Shown here: one piece after another, positions 7,801 through 19,292 of the stretch
How the letters are laid out: each line of letters opens with the position of its first letter
Numbering within the stretch: position 1 is the first letter of the stretch
NCBI GenBank assembly: GCA_002898775.1
Contig: BEHK01000018.1
Location: forward strand, 7,615-31,614
Length of the DNA stretch: 24,000 bases
DNA from: a bacterium HR08
GTDB lineage: Bacteria; Acidobacteriota; Blastocatellia; HR10
Direction of reading: 5' to 3'
Position numbers and translations under genes: made by a program
Notes under the pieces: model-generated
The model's input: only the letters and a program-made list of their open reading frames with translations
Databases searched by the model: none
What the model was told of the DNA's origin: nothing

Positions 7801-8831
7801 CGTTGGTGGCGACCGATGAGGTGGGGAATACGTCGGAGTTCTCTCGTGTGGCTCCTCCGGTAGATTCGACGCCGCCGAGCGTGCGCGTGATCAGCCCCAA
7901 TGGCGGCGAGTTCGTCCTGGCGGGAACGTTGTTGCCGATCGCGTGGGAGTCTTCGGATGATATGGGGATCTTGCTTCACGAAGTCGCGCTCTCGCTCGAC
8001 AGCGGGCGGACGTGCTCGATCCTGCTCGGGCGCGTGAGCGGCGAGAAGCGCTCGTTTGTGTGGGAGGTCCCGGAAGGCATGCTCTCCTCCACCGCGCGCA
8101 TCTGCGTCACGGCGCGCGACTTCTCCGACAACGCGGCGACCGATACGAGCGATGGGGACTTCCAGATCGGGCGCAGCGATCGCGAGGAGCCAGTTGTGCG
8201 CGTGCTGCGGCCCAATGGGGGCGAGGTCGCCCGAGCGGGAGAGCCGTTTGAGATCGCATGGGAGGCGAGCGATAACGTCGGCTTGTCCGGTTGCGATCTC
8301 TTCGTCTCTACAGACGGTGGGGCATCCTTCACGCCCCTGGCGATGCGCATCCCGGCGGACGTGCGTTCCTTTTCCTGGAACGTCCCCGAGGGGCTCTCCA
8401 CGACGCGCGGGCGCGTCCTCGTGCGGTGTCGCGACCTGGCCGGGAATGTCGGAGAGGATCGAAGCGATGCGGACTTCGCGATAGACGGTGCGCCGCCGAC
8501 CATTGGCTCAGTGATCGTCTTCGACGTGAATGGCCCCAGTCGCTTCTTCGTCGCGCGGCGTCCGTTGACGATCGCGTGGGAGGCTTCCGATGACGTCGGG
8601 ATCGTGCGCCATCGGATCGAGTTCTCACGCGACGATGGCCTGACGTTCGAGCCGCTGCGGGATGCCCAAGGGAACATCGTCGGGGACAACATTCCGGGCG
8701 ATGCTCGACAGTTCACGTGGACCGTTCCGGGAACGGTCTTCACGCGCACCGGGCGATTCCGCGTCACGGCGATTGATCGTGCCGGGCGGACCAGCTCAGC
8801 CTTGAGCGAACGCATTTCGATCGTCAATTGA
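4818..8831 (+). CDS. Large secreted multidomain protein: signal peptide, seven FG-GAP/VCBS-like repeats (putative beta-propeller), CSLREA-like segment with right-handed parallel beta-helix (PbH1) repeats, and three tandem ~100-aa Ig-like C-terminal domains
   Basis: 1337-aa ORF. ATG at 4818 follows GGAGGAG. N-terminus MRRLRLIGMGAVVVSVVLSFIS. See the repeat features below. The segment GDGVTPNDVGDTDDGPNALMNFPVV is typical of CSLREA / beta-helix surface proteins. Confidence 0.9.
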   Translation: MRRLRLIGMGAVVVSVVLSFISRESTAGSHRASSLEVGDSSFLRLDPRARPRVNFRLVEEGVLTAQGDGCSGDVSLLSVIFDEERRAWPQGAALGDFNRDGVTDLFLFERGEGRAVLAVRLSSAGGRFCPGWAFDLGSGEPIGLTVEDVTGDGHSDIVIALADPSRLVLLVGNGRGGIADRREIALEESVRAIAVGDVTGDGRNDLILALASPMRVALLAGRDDGRFERADVLRVEGEGGRAEPVRLRVADLDRDGHADVVLASSLGLIWARGAVGGFSPPTVLPLEAMPTDLVLEDLDGDGRADVVLSDSAGAVQLFRGTMKGFVPHGRWFVGGPISALAAGHFDADGYRDMAVALADRGRIVLLMGEGGGGFGEAFHLDVRDPVAVLLSARMNRDALDDLLIGERRPGGWLLAVTEAPRIVVTTTADTILEDGRVSLREAILAANGVPPNRDVAGQRGGPDVIAFNIPESERRDGVFTIEVDGALGPLPRLVDGGTTIDGTTQPGWSGRPIIVLSGRRAGLADGLVITSSLNVIAGLVINGFEGSGVKIIVDPPESGTATGNIVRGCYIGTDPTGQRSVGNGLYGVLITRNRTQANLIGGTTPADRNVISGNRGNGIELDFPTFGNFVLGNYIGTTADGLSALPNGGAGIFISGARDNVIGGREPGAGNVISGNSGSGIQIVGTFGNQVQGNWIGTDRTGTRALPNGGDGVALVGGAHGTLIGGTAEAARNVISGNAQYGVRLADAFSNQIAGNILGLDSTGTRAVPNGASGILVTAGARDNLIGGLEASSGNIIAGNAGDGITLARGASNNHIVGNLIGTADREGTRRLPNGGNGIAILGARDTTIGGATLTAANTIAYNARAGIVILDGEETPSRGNRIGCNAFFSNEGLGIDLGGDGVTPNDVGDTDDGPNALMNFPVVREVREMSGGVLLRGRIDTINPAAARVDVYIADPDPTGFGEGRRCAAQGIAPNPDGTFEVFLPGLSVRDPVTLVATDEVGNTSEFSRVAPPVDSTPPSVRVISPNGGEFVLAGTLLPIAWESSDDMGILLHEVALSLDSGRTCSILLGRVSGEKRSFVWEVPEGMLSSTARICVTARDFSDNAATDTSDGDFQIGRSDREEPVVRVLRPNGGEVARAGEPFEIAWEASDNVGLSGCDLFVSTDGGASFTPLAMRIPADVRSFSWNVPEGLSTTRGRVLVRCRDLAGNVGEDRSDADFAIDGAPPTIGSVIVFDVNGPSRFFVARRPLTIAWEASDDVGIVRHRIEFSRDDGLTFEPLRDAQGNIVGDNIPGDARQFTWTVPGTVFTRTGRFRVTAIDRAGRTSSALSERISIVN
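5100..6035 (+). repeat. Seven FG-GAP/VCBS-type repeats inside the giant ORF
   Basis: Recurring D-x-[DNT]-x-D-G-x-x-D-hydrophobic motifs: DFNRDGVTDLFL, DVTGDGHSDIVIA, DVTGDGRNDLILA, DLDRDGHADVVLA, DLDGDGRADVVLS, HFDADGYRDMAVA, MNRDALDDLLIG. Confidence 0.8.
6300..7520 (+). repeat. Parallel beta-helix (PbH1-like) repeat region inside the giant ORF
   Basis: Recurring ~22-25-aa units: NVISGNRGNGIEL, NVISGNSGSGIQIV, NVISGNAQYGVRL, NIIAGNAGDGITL, each followed by GN.IG(T)D..G....PNGG. It is preceded by VSLREAILAANG (CSLREA-like). Confidence 0.8.
7872..8828 (+). repeat. Three tandem ~100-aa domains (approx. 7872-8185, 8186-8487, 8488-8828) at the C-terminus of the giant ORF
   Basis: Shared pattern V(R/I)V..PNGGE......(P).IAWE(A/S)SD(D/N)(M/V)G.......S.D(G/S)G..(F)........R(S/Q)F.W.VP......R..V...D..GN...D.SD..F.I. 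Confidence 0.75.
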
Positions 8832-8984
8832 ACGGATCCCACCTTCCGAGAGGGGGCGCCTTGAGCGCGATCGCGCGGCCTTTGGCGAGGGCCGATACCG
8901 GGGGCATCCCTCCAGAGGTCTTCGAGGGCCTTGGGGGCGAACGGCTTTGGTCTTCAGAAGCGTGGGCGCGCCGGGGCATAGACC

Positions 8985-10118
8985 ATGCGAATCCTTCGCC
9001 TGGAGGTGACGAGCTTCCGAAACATCGCGCGGGAGCAGCTGGAACCGGGACCTGAGCTGAACCTCTTCTACGGCGAGAACGCGCAGGGGAAGACCAGCTT
9101 GCTCGAAGCCATCTACGTGCTCGGTCGCGCGCATTCGTTTCGCACGCCGCGCCTCCTGGACGTGATCCAACACGGGCAGCCGCAGGCTCTGGTGCGCGGG
9201 ATCATCTGCCGGAGCGGAGGGCGCACGGAGCTGGCCGTACATCTCAGCCCGCGAGGACGTGCGCTCTTTGTGAACGGGAAGCGGCGGACGCTCTCGGAGT
9301 ATCTCGGTCATCTGGCCGTGTTCGTCTGCTCGCTTGAGCGAATGGAGATCATTCGCGGGGAGCCGGAACATCGGCGCCAGTTCCTGGACGCAGGGATTCT
9401 GAGTCTCGATCCCAAATACGCCCACACGCTGGAGCAGTACCGACGCCTTCTCATGCAGAAGAATCGCCTGCTGAAGCGCGCCGCCGAGAGCGGGGAGCCG
9501 CAGCGCTTTGTCGAGGAGATCGAGGCCTGGAACGAACAACTCGTCCGATACGGAGCCCTCATCCATCGAGCGCGCACGCGATACGTCGAACAGTTACAGC
9601 AGCATCTGCCCATGGAACTATTCGGGGCGGAGCACATCGCCATTCGTTACGTCTCCTCGCTGGCGGCTCACGGAGATCTGAGCGAGTACGAAGCGCTCCT
9701 GGCCGAGCGGCTGCGCGTGCGGCTTCAGGCTGAGTTGGCCGTCGGCTATGCCCTGGTGGGGCCACACCGGGATGAGCTGGAGATCACCTTCAATGGGCGG
9801 AACCTGCGGCAGTATGGAAGCCTCGGTCAGCAGCGTAGTGCGCTGATTGTGCTTGATTTAGCGCAGGTCTCCGTCTATAATTCTGCCTTTGAAGATCAGG
9901 CCGTGTTTCTCTTGGACGACGTGGATGCGGAGCTGGATCGGGGGCGTATGGCGCGGGTGCTGGAGTACCTGCAGGGTCGCGCGCAATGTTTCCTCACGAC
10001 CTCGAAGCCGGAGATCGTCGAGGCGAGCGGTGCCGCTCGCTTTCGCGTTGAAGCCGGGCGCATCATCTCCTCCGCTGTTCCGCCCCAGGCCGAGGAGGCC
10101 GACGTGAGCGCATCGTGA
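8985..10118 (+). CDS. recF: DNA replication and repair protein RecF
   Basis: MRILRLEVTSFRNIAREQLEPGPELNLFYGENAQGKTSLLEAIYVLG carries the Walker A motif GENAQGKT. The signature GSLGQQRSALIVLDLAQ and the Walker B motif FLLDDVDAELD are present. Confidence 0.95.
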   Translation: MRILRLEVTSFRNIAREQLEPGPELNLFYGENAQGKTSLLEAIYVLGRAHSFRTPRLLDVIQHGQPQALVRGIICRSGGRTELAVHLSPRGRALFVNGKRRTLSEYLGHLAVFVCSLERMEIIRGEPEHRRQFLDAGILSLDPKYAHTLEQYRRLLMQKNRLLKRAAESGEPQRFVEEIEAWNEQLVRYGALIHRARTRYVEQLQQHLPMELFGAEHIAIRYVSSLAAHGDLSEYEALLAERLRVRLQAELAVGYALVGPHRDELEITFNGRNLRQYGSLGQQRSALIVLDLAQVSVYNSAFEDQAVFLLDDVDAELDRGRMARVLEYLQGRAQCFLTTSKPEIVEASGAARFRVEAGRIISSAVPPQAEEADVSAS

Positions 10119-12698
<2,580 letters not shown>

Positions 12699-12785
12699 CG
12701 CGCTCGGAGGTCCACTGCGTGCGGAGGGAGTCGGGCACGGGGACGTTCGTCTCCGCCATCGGGCGATTTGAATGGGAGGCCTTCC

Positions 12786-13451
12786 ATGAGCGAATCCGCA
12801 GCGGCGTGCGTCCTCACCAGCGGGGGATTAGATAGCGCGGTCCTCGTCGCCGAGCTGCTGCCGCAGTACGCGCGCGTCTTCCCGGTCTATGTTCGGAGCG
12901 GGCTCCGATGGGAGGAGGTCGAGCTCCATTGGTTGCAGCGGTTTCTGAATCATCTGCGCGATGCGCGGCTTGAGCCGCTCACCATCATGACGCTTCCGAT
13001 AGAGGACATCTACGGGAGGCATTGGAGCGTGACCGGAGATGGGGTCCCCGAGCGAGAGGCGGCCTGGGATTCGGTCTATCTCCCGGGGCGCAATCTCATC
13101 CTCTTGGCGAAGGCGGCTGTCTTCTGCGCGCTGCGCGGTGTCTCGACCATCGCCCTCGGATTGCTCGAGGGGAATCCCTTTCCCGATGCGACGCCTTCAT
13201 TTCTCTCGCTCATGGCGCAGACGGCGAGCCAGGGCCTGGCTCATCCGATCGTGATCCTGGCCCCATATCGAGGGCTCTCGAAACACGAGATCATCCGGCG
13301 AGGTCGCCATCTTCCATTGGACTTGACCTTCTCCTGCATCTCTCCCGTCGGCCACCACCACTGCGGTCGGTGCAGTAAATGCGCCGAGCGCCAGCAGGCC
13401 TTTGCGCAGGCCGGTCTCCTCGATCCCACGGCCTACGCCCACGCGCCGTAG
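12786..13451 (+). CDS. queC: 7-cyano-7-deazaguanine synthase-like PP-loop ATPase (QueC family)
   Basis: ATG at 12786 lies 6 nt after GGGAGG. The PP-loop is CVLTSGGLDSAV, followed by LPGRNLILLAKAA. The C-terminal Zn-type cluster is SCISPVGHHHCGRCSKCAERQQAF. No other que genes are in the window. Confidence 0.8.
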   Translation: MSESAAACVLTSGGLDSAVLVAELLPQYARVFPVYVRSGLRWEEVELHWLQRFLNHLRDARLEPLTIMTLPIEDIYGRHWSVTGDGVPEREAAWDSVYLPGRNLILLAKAAVFCALRGVSTIALGLLEGNPFPDATPSFLSLMAQTASQGLAHPIVILAPYRGLSKHEIIRRGRHLPLDLTFSCISPVGHHHCGRCSKCAERQQAFAQAGLLDPTAYAHAP

Positions 13452-13886
13452 ACGAAGGCCGCGCGTCACCCCCCGTTGGGTAGGAGTTCCACAAACCAGG
13501 CGGGCGAGCCCTCCTTCCCTCACTCCGATCGCCGCGACATGTCGCCACCTGCTTGATTCCCATCAGGACCGTGCTGATCACCCTCTCGTGTAGGCGTCAG
13601 GTGGGCAGTGGGACTCTTCACCACAGGTTGTCAAGGTGCCATTTCCGGTTCCACCGTGAGGGACGTGAGCTTGACCCTCAAGAGTGGGGTCATTACCGGA
13701 TCGTCATGGGACGGGGAAGACGGCATTGATCAAGTGAGCGCTCAGCTTGATTCCGCGCGATCGAGGAAGCAACGGCGTTGAAAAGGATTCGAGGGCTCGC
13801 GCGTGGCTGAGTTCACGAGATGCCGGCCGATGTGTCCCTGGCGCGCTTCTCCGAAGTGGACGTGCCATTGCTCTTGGGCGAGCGAT

Positions 13887-13916
13887 TTGGAGACCGTGTA
13901 GCGCGCCGGCTAAAAT
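13887..13916 (+). promoter_or_regulatory. Candidate sigma70-type promoter for rtcA: TTGGAG-N18-TAAAAT
   Basis: TTGGAG at 13887-13892 and TAAAAT at 13911-13916, the same -10 hexamer as the two promoters at 3334-3539. It sits about 90 nt upstream of the rtcA ATG. Confidence 0.35.
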
Positions 13917-14004
13917 AGATATCGATCGGCCGCCGTGTGACAGAGGCGAGGGCGGATGGGAGGTTCCATCCGCATCGCGGTGTTGGCACGGGGGGAGCGG
14001 GGCT

Positions 14005-15084
14005 ATGGTCGTGCGCATAGATGGATCGGTCGGCGAGGGAGGGGGGCAAATCCTGCGGACGAGTTTGGCGCTGGCGGCCTTGCTCTCGCGCGAGGTGGAG
14101 ATCGTCAACATCCGTCGTGGGCGCAAAGTCCCCGGCCTGCAGCCGCAGCATCTGACGGCCGTGCGCGCGATTCGGGACATCACGCGCGGGCGCACGCTCG
14201 GGGACGAATTGGGGTCGGAATTGCTCATCTTCAGGCCGGGGACCTGCGAAGGTGGCGTCTACGAATTTGACGTGAGCAAGATTCGGGCCAGTGCCGGCTC
14301 GGTGAGCTTGATCTTCCAGACCGTCTTGCCCGCTCTGCTCTTCGCTCCGCGCCCCACGCATTTGATCTTGAAAGGCGGCACGCATGTCCCCTTCAGCCCT
14401 CCGACGACGTACTTGGAGAGGGTTTTTCTGCCCGTCTTGCGCCGGATGGGGGGGCGCGCGAGCCTGAAGACGGTTCGTTGGGGATGGTATCCTCAGGGCG
14501 GGGGGATCGTCGAAGCCGACGTTGAGCCCGTGGAGCGGCTGTCGGCCGTGGAGCTGACCCGGCGGGAGGAGTTGGTCAAGATCGAGGGGTTGGCCGTCGT
14601 CTCTAATCTCCCGCTTTCGATCGCCGAGCGTTTCTGTCGGCGCTTGCTGCAGCGGTTGGCTCACTCCGAGCTGGTGGCCGAGGTGGAATTATTGCAGGCG
14701 CCGGCTTCGGGAAAAGGAGCGGGGTTGTTCGCCTTCGCGTATTATGGGGATGTGGTGGCGGGATTCGGCGCTCTGGGCGAGGTCGGGAAACGCGCCGAGA
14801 CGGTTGCCGATGAGGTCCATCGCGCGTTCATGGCGCATCATCGTTCCGGCAAAGTCGTGGACAAGCATTTGGCGGATCAGTTGCTGCTCTACATGGCGCT
14901 GGCCGAGGGACGCTCGACCATAACCGTCTCTGAGGTCACCCCTCACTTGGTGACCAATGTCTGGGTCATCGAGCAATTCTTGCCGGTGAAGTTCGAGGTG
15001 GATGGAGCCGTGGGGGGACCTGGTGTGGTCTCCGTCGAGGGCGTGGGAGTTCGCCCCGGCGCGACGTCCCCCGAGAGTTCCTGA
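14005..15084 (+). CDS. rtcA: RNA 3'-terminal phosphate cyclase
   Basis: The start MVVRIDGSVGEGGGQILRTSLALAALL aligns with the E. coli RtcA N-terminus (DGAQGEGGGQILRSALSLS). Also PGLQPQHLTAVRA and the catalytic-His region VDKHLADQLLLYMALA. The 13747-14004 upstream extension in the ORF track is Arg-rich and not protein-like. Confidence 0.9.
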   Translation: MVVRIDGSVGEGGGQILRTSLALAALLSREVEIVNIRRGRKVPGLQPQHLTAVRAIRDITRGRTLGDELGSELLIFRPGTCEGGVYEFDVSKIRASAGSVSLIFQTVLPALLFAPRPTHLILKGGTHVPFSPPTTYLERVFLPVLRRMGGRASLKTVRWGWYPQGGGIVEADVEPVERLSAVELTRREELVKIEGLAVVSNLPLSIAERFCRRLLQRLAHSELVAEVELLQAPASGKGAGLFAFAYYGDVVAGFGALGEVGKRAETVADEVHRAFMAHHRSGKVVDKHLADQLLLYMALAEGRSTITVSEVTPHLVTNVWVIEQFLPVKFEVDGAVGGPGVVSVEGVGVRPGATSPESS

Positions 15085-15167
15085 ATACGACCGCGCGCTC
15101 TTAGTTCTGTGCCTGAACGGCACACGATCCCAAGGATCGCGTGGGAGAGCCTTTTGAGGAGGGGCTT

Positions 15168-15614
15168 ATGCTACAACTGAAGCGCATCTTGTGTCCGACG
15201 GATTTCAGCGAAGCCGCTCGACGAGCGTTCGATCTGGCGATTCCTTTGGCGGAAGCCTTCGGCGCGGAGCTCTATGTGATCCACGTCATCCCCGCGCTCC
15301 CGTACGTGGAGCCGCGACCGACGTATCATTTCGACGTGCCCGAATACGAGCGGGCGCTTCATGAGGAAGCGGAGCGGCAGATGGTGGCGTTTGTGAACGA
15401 GCTGGCGACGCGCGTCGTCATTCATCCGATCATCGCGCATGGCGACGTGGCCGCGCAGATCCTGCGGGCGGCTGAGGAGCAGGCTGTGGACATGATCGTC
15501 ATCGCGACGCATGGGCGCACGGGATGGCGCCATTTGGTCTTCGGCTCGGTCGCCGAGAAGATCGTGCGCTTGGCGCGCTGTCCGGTGCTCACCGTGCGTC
15601 AGCCTTCGGCGTGA
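15168..15614 (+). CDS. Universal stress protein (UspA family)
   Basis: ATG at 15168 lies 5 nt after GGAGG. LKRILCPTDFSEAARRAF ... MIVIATHGRTGWRHLVFGSVAEKIVRLARCPVLTV is the classic USP ATP-binding pattern G-x2-G-x9-G(S/T). Confidence 0.85.
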   Translation: MLQLKRILCPTDFSEAARRAFDLAIPLAEAFGAELYVIHVIPALPYVEPRPTYHFDVPEYERALHEEAERQMVAFVNELATRVVIHPIIAHGDVAAQILRAAEEQAVDMIVIATHGRTGWRHLVFGSVAEKIVRLARCPVLTVRQPSA

Positions 15615-15621
15615 ATCCGCC

Positions 15622-16800
15622 TTAGGGGAGACACCGGAGCGCTTGTTCGAGATCGGCGATTAAGTCCTCCGCATCTTCGATCCCGACCGAGAGGCGGATG
15701 AGGCCTTCGGTGATGCCGGTCGCCCGACGCTCCTCTTCCGGGATCGGGCCGTGCGACATGGAGGCCGGATGCTGAATGAGCGAGGTGACCCCGCCGAGGC
15801 TGACGGCGAGCGTGATCACGCGCAAGGATTCGACCAATCGGCGACCGGCCTCTCGTCCCCCCTTCACCTCGAAGGCGAGCATGCCGCCGAAGCCACGCAT
15901 CTGTCGGCGGGCCAGATCGTGCTGCGGGTGCGAAGGGAGCCCCGGGTAGAAGACGCGCGCGATCTTCGGATGGGCGTCGAGGAACTCCGCGATGCGCTGC
16001 GCGTTGGCATTTTGTCGCTCCAGGCGCAGGCCGAAGGTCTTCATCCCGCGGATGAGCAGCCACGCCTCGAAAGGGCTGAGCGTCGGGCCGAAGAGCTTGG
16101 CCTGCCTCCAGCAGCGTTCGATGAATGCGGCGGAGCCGACGATGGCCCCGGCCGTCAGATCGTGATGTCCGCCGAGATACTTCGTCGCGCTGTGGACGAC
16201 CGCATCAATGCCGAGGCGCAACGGGCGCTGGTTGTACGGCGTCGCGAACGTGTTATCGGCGATGATGAACGCGCCGTGTTCGCGCGCGAGGCGAGCGACG
16301 GCTTGCAGATCGGTCAGATCCAGACGGGGATTCGAGGGCGTCTCCACGTAGATGAGCTTTGTGTTTGGGCGAAGGGCGCGACGGAAGTTCTCCGGGTCGG
16401 TCGGCGTGACGAACGTCACCTCGATGCCCAACTGCGGGAGCGTATGCCGGAACAGCTCCATCGTGGCGGCGTAGAGCGAGCGTCCCGCCACGATGTGATC
16501 GCCGCTTCGGGCGCAGGCGAGCACGGCCGTCGCGATGGCGGCCATGCCTGAGGCGAGCAGGAGGGCGCGCTCGCCGCCTTCCAGAGCCGCGATGATCTCC
16601 TCAGCCTGTCGCGTCGTGGGATTGCCCCACCGCGTGTAGTACTCCGTCGGCGCGATCTCCTGCGCGAAGCGAGCCCCGGCCGCTGCGTCCTCCAGCTCGA
16701 AGACGGCCGTCTGGAAGATCGGCGGCGCGACCGAGCGCGTCGGATTCACCTCTCGGCCCGCGTGAACGGCCATAGTGTTGATCCCCCACTCTCTCATCAT
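15622..16800 (-). CDS. PLP-dependent Cys/Met-metabolism enzyme (cystathionine gamma-synthase / gamma-lyase / methionine gamma-lyase family)
   Basis: 392 aa. YTRWGNPTT, the PLP-lysine motif HSATKYLGGHHD, and the C-terminal LIRLSVGIEDAEDLIADLEQAL. GGAGGA lies 5 nt upstream of ATGATG. The exact specificity cannot be assigned from sequence by eye. Confidence 0.9.
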   Translation of the reverse strand: MMREWGINTMAVHAGREVNPTRSVAPPIFQTAVFELEDAAAGARFAQEIAPTEYYTRWGNPTTRQAEEIIAALEGGERALLLASGMAAIATAVLACARSGDHIVAGRSLYAATMELFRHTLPQLGIEVTFVTPTDPENFRRALRPNTKLIYVETPSNPRLDLTDLQAVARLAREHGAFIIADNTFATPYNQRPLRLGIDAVVHSATKYLGGHHDLTAGAIVGSAAFIERCWRQAKLFGPTLSPFEAWLLIRGMKTFGLRLERQNANAQRIAEFLDAHPKIARVFYPGLPSHPQHDLARRQMRGFGGMLAFEVKGGREAGRRLVESLRVITLAVSLGGVTSLIQHPASMSHGPIPEEERRATGITEGLIRLSVGIEDAEDLIADLEQALRCLP

Positions 16801-16940
16801 CGTTCTCCTCCTGAGGCGTCTCCTGACGGCCAGAGTTTAGGCCGGTTTTTCGGTCGGGGCAATAGTCTCGGCGCGTGACGAAGGAAGGCGAGCGAGCGCT
16901 TGCCCTCCGTAGCGCGGATCGGCCACAATTGCTCGCCTGA

Positions 16941-18873
<1,933 letters not shown>

Positions 18874-18913
18874 TCTCCCTCCGAATCGAGGGATGAGCGT
18901 TGGAGGAGGGGAC

Positions 18914-19192
18914 ATGCCGCGCACGAAATCGGCGAAGAAGCAATTGCGGAAGAGTCTGAAGCGGCGCGAGATCAATCGGCGCAATCTCTCGCGTCTGCGC
19001 ACGTATATCAAGAAGCTGCGCCGGGCGATCGAGGCGGGCGATGCGCCATTGGCGCGAGAGCTTCTGCCACAGACGGTCTCGATCATTGATAAGTCCATTC
19101 AGAAAGGCGTCATTCATCGGAATGCGGCGGCTCGGTACAAGTCGCGCCTGACGACTCTGGTCCATCGCTTGGTGGCGGCGACTCAGGCATGA
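18914..19192 (+). CDS. rpsT: 30S ribosomal protein S20
   Basis: ATG at 18914 follows GGAGGAGGGG. MPRTKSAKKQLRKSLKRREINRRNLSRLRTYIKK is the typical S20 N-terminus. Confidence 0.95.
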   Translation: MPRTKSAKKQLRKSLKRREINRRNLSRLRTYIKKLRRAIEAGDAPLARELLPQTVSIIDKSIQKGVIHRNAAARYKSRLTTLVHRLVAATQA

Positions 19193-19292
19193 GACCGAGG
19201 CGGGACATACGCGGACGAAGGTTCGGACCACGATTCTCTCTCTCCCCCTGTTCTGCCCCATATGGGGGGAGATCGTGACCGGGAGGGGGCCT

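Noticed and set aside
12699-12785. preQ1 riboswitch upstream of queC
   Set aside because: There is no small hairpin followed by the A-rich tail (CCCUCUAUAAAAAACUAA-like). The spacer is GC-rich with only an imperfect hairpin.
13596-13665. Minus-strand similarity to a cobalamin riboswitch core (GGAACCGGAAATGG ... CCCACTGCC compared with GGAA.CCGGTGAAAATCC ... GCCACTG)
   Set aside because: The key positions (GGTGAAA, the GCCACTG B12 box) are not matched. There is also no downstream minus-strand gene to regulate, since it would read into the antisense of queC.
13820-13918. 32-codon ORF MPADVSLARFSEVDVPLLLGERFGDRVARRLK in the rtcA upstream region
   Set aside because: It has a plausible amino-acid composition but no Shine-Dalgarno sequence. 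It overlaps the predicted rtcA promoter and is too short to assess without comparative data. It is mentioned only as a candidate within the intergenic finding.
13771-13980. tmRNA-like 5' motif (GGCGTTGAAAAGGATTCGAGGGC resembles GGGGCUGAUUCUGGAUUCGACGGG) and a hairpin GGATGG-GAGGTT-CCATCC
   Set aside because: There is no matching 3' acceptor/T-arm (no GGTTCGAATCC-type loop, no ...CCA-proximal complement to the 5' end) and no tag-peptide reading frame ending in ALAA-like residues.
13984-13998. Sigma54-like element TGGCAC-N5-GAGC (GG-N10-GC spacing correct) just upstream of rtcA; tempting because E. coli rtcBA is sigma54/RtcR-dependent
   Set aside because: The GC dinucleotide is only 6 nt before the rtcA ATG, so the predicted start would fall inside the conserved coding N-terminus. 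The -12 region is GAGC rather than TTGC, and no rtcR-like activator is nearby. It is probably chance in G-rich sequence.
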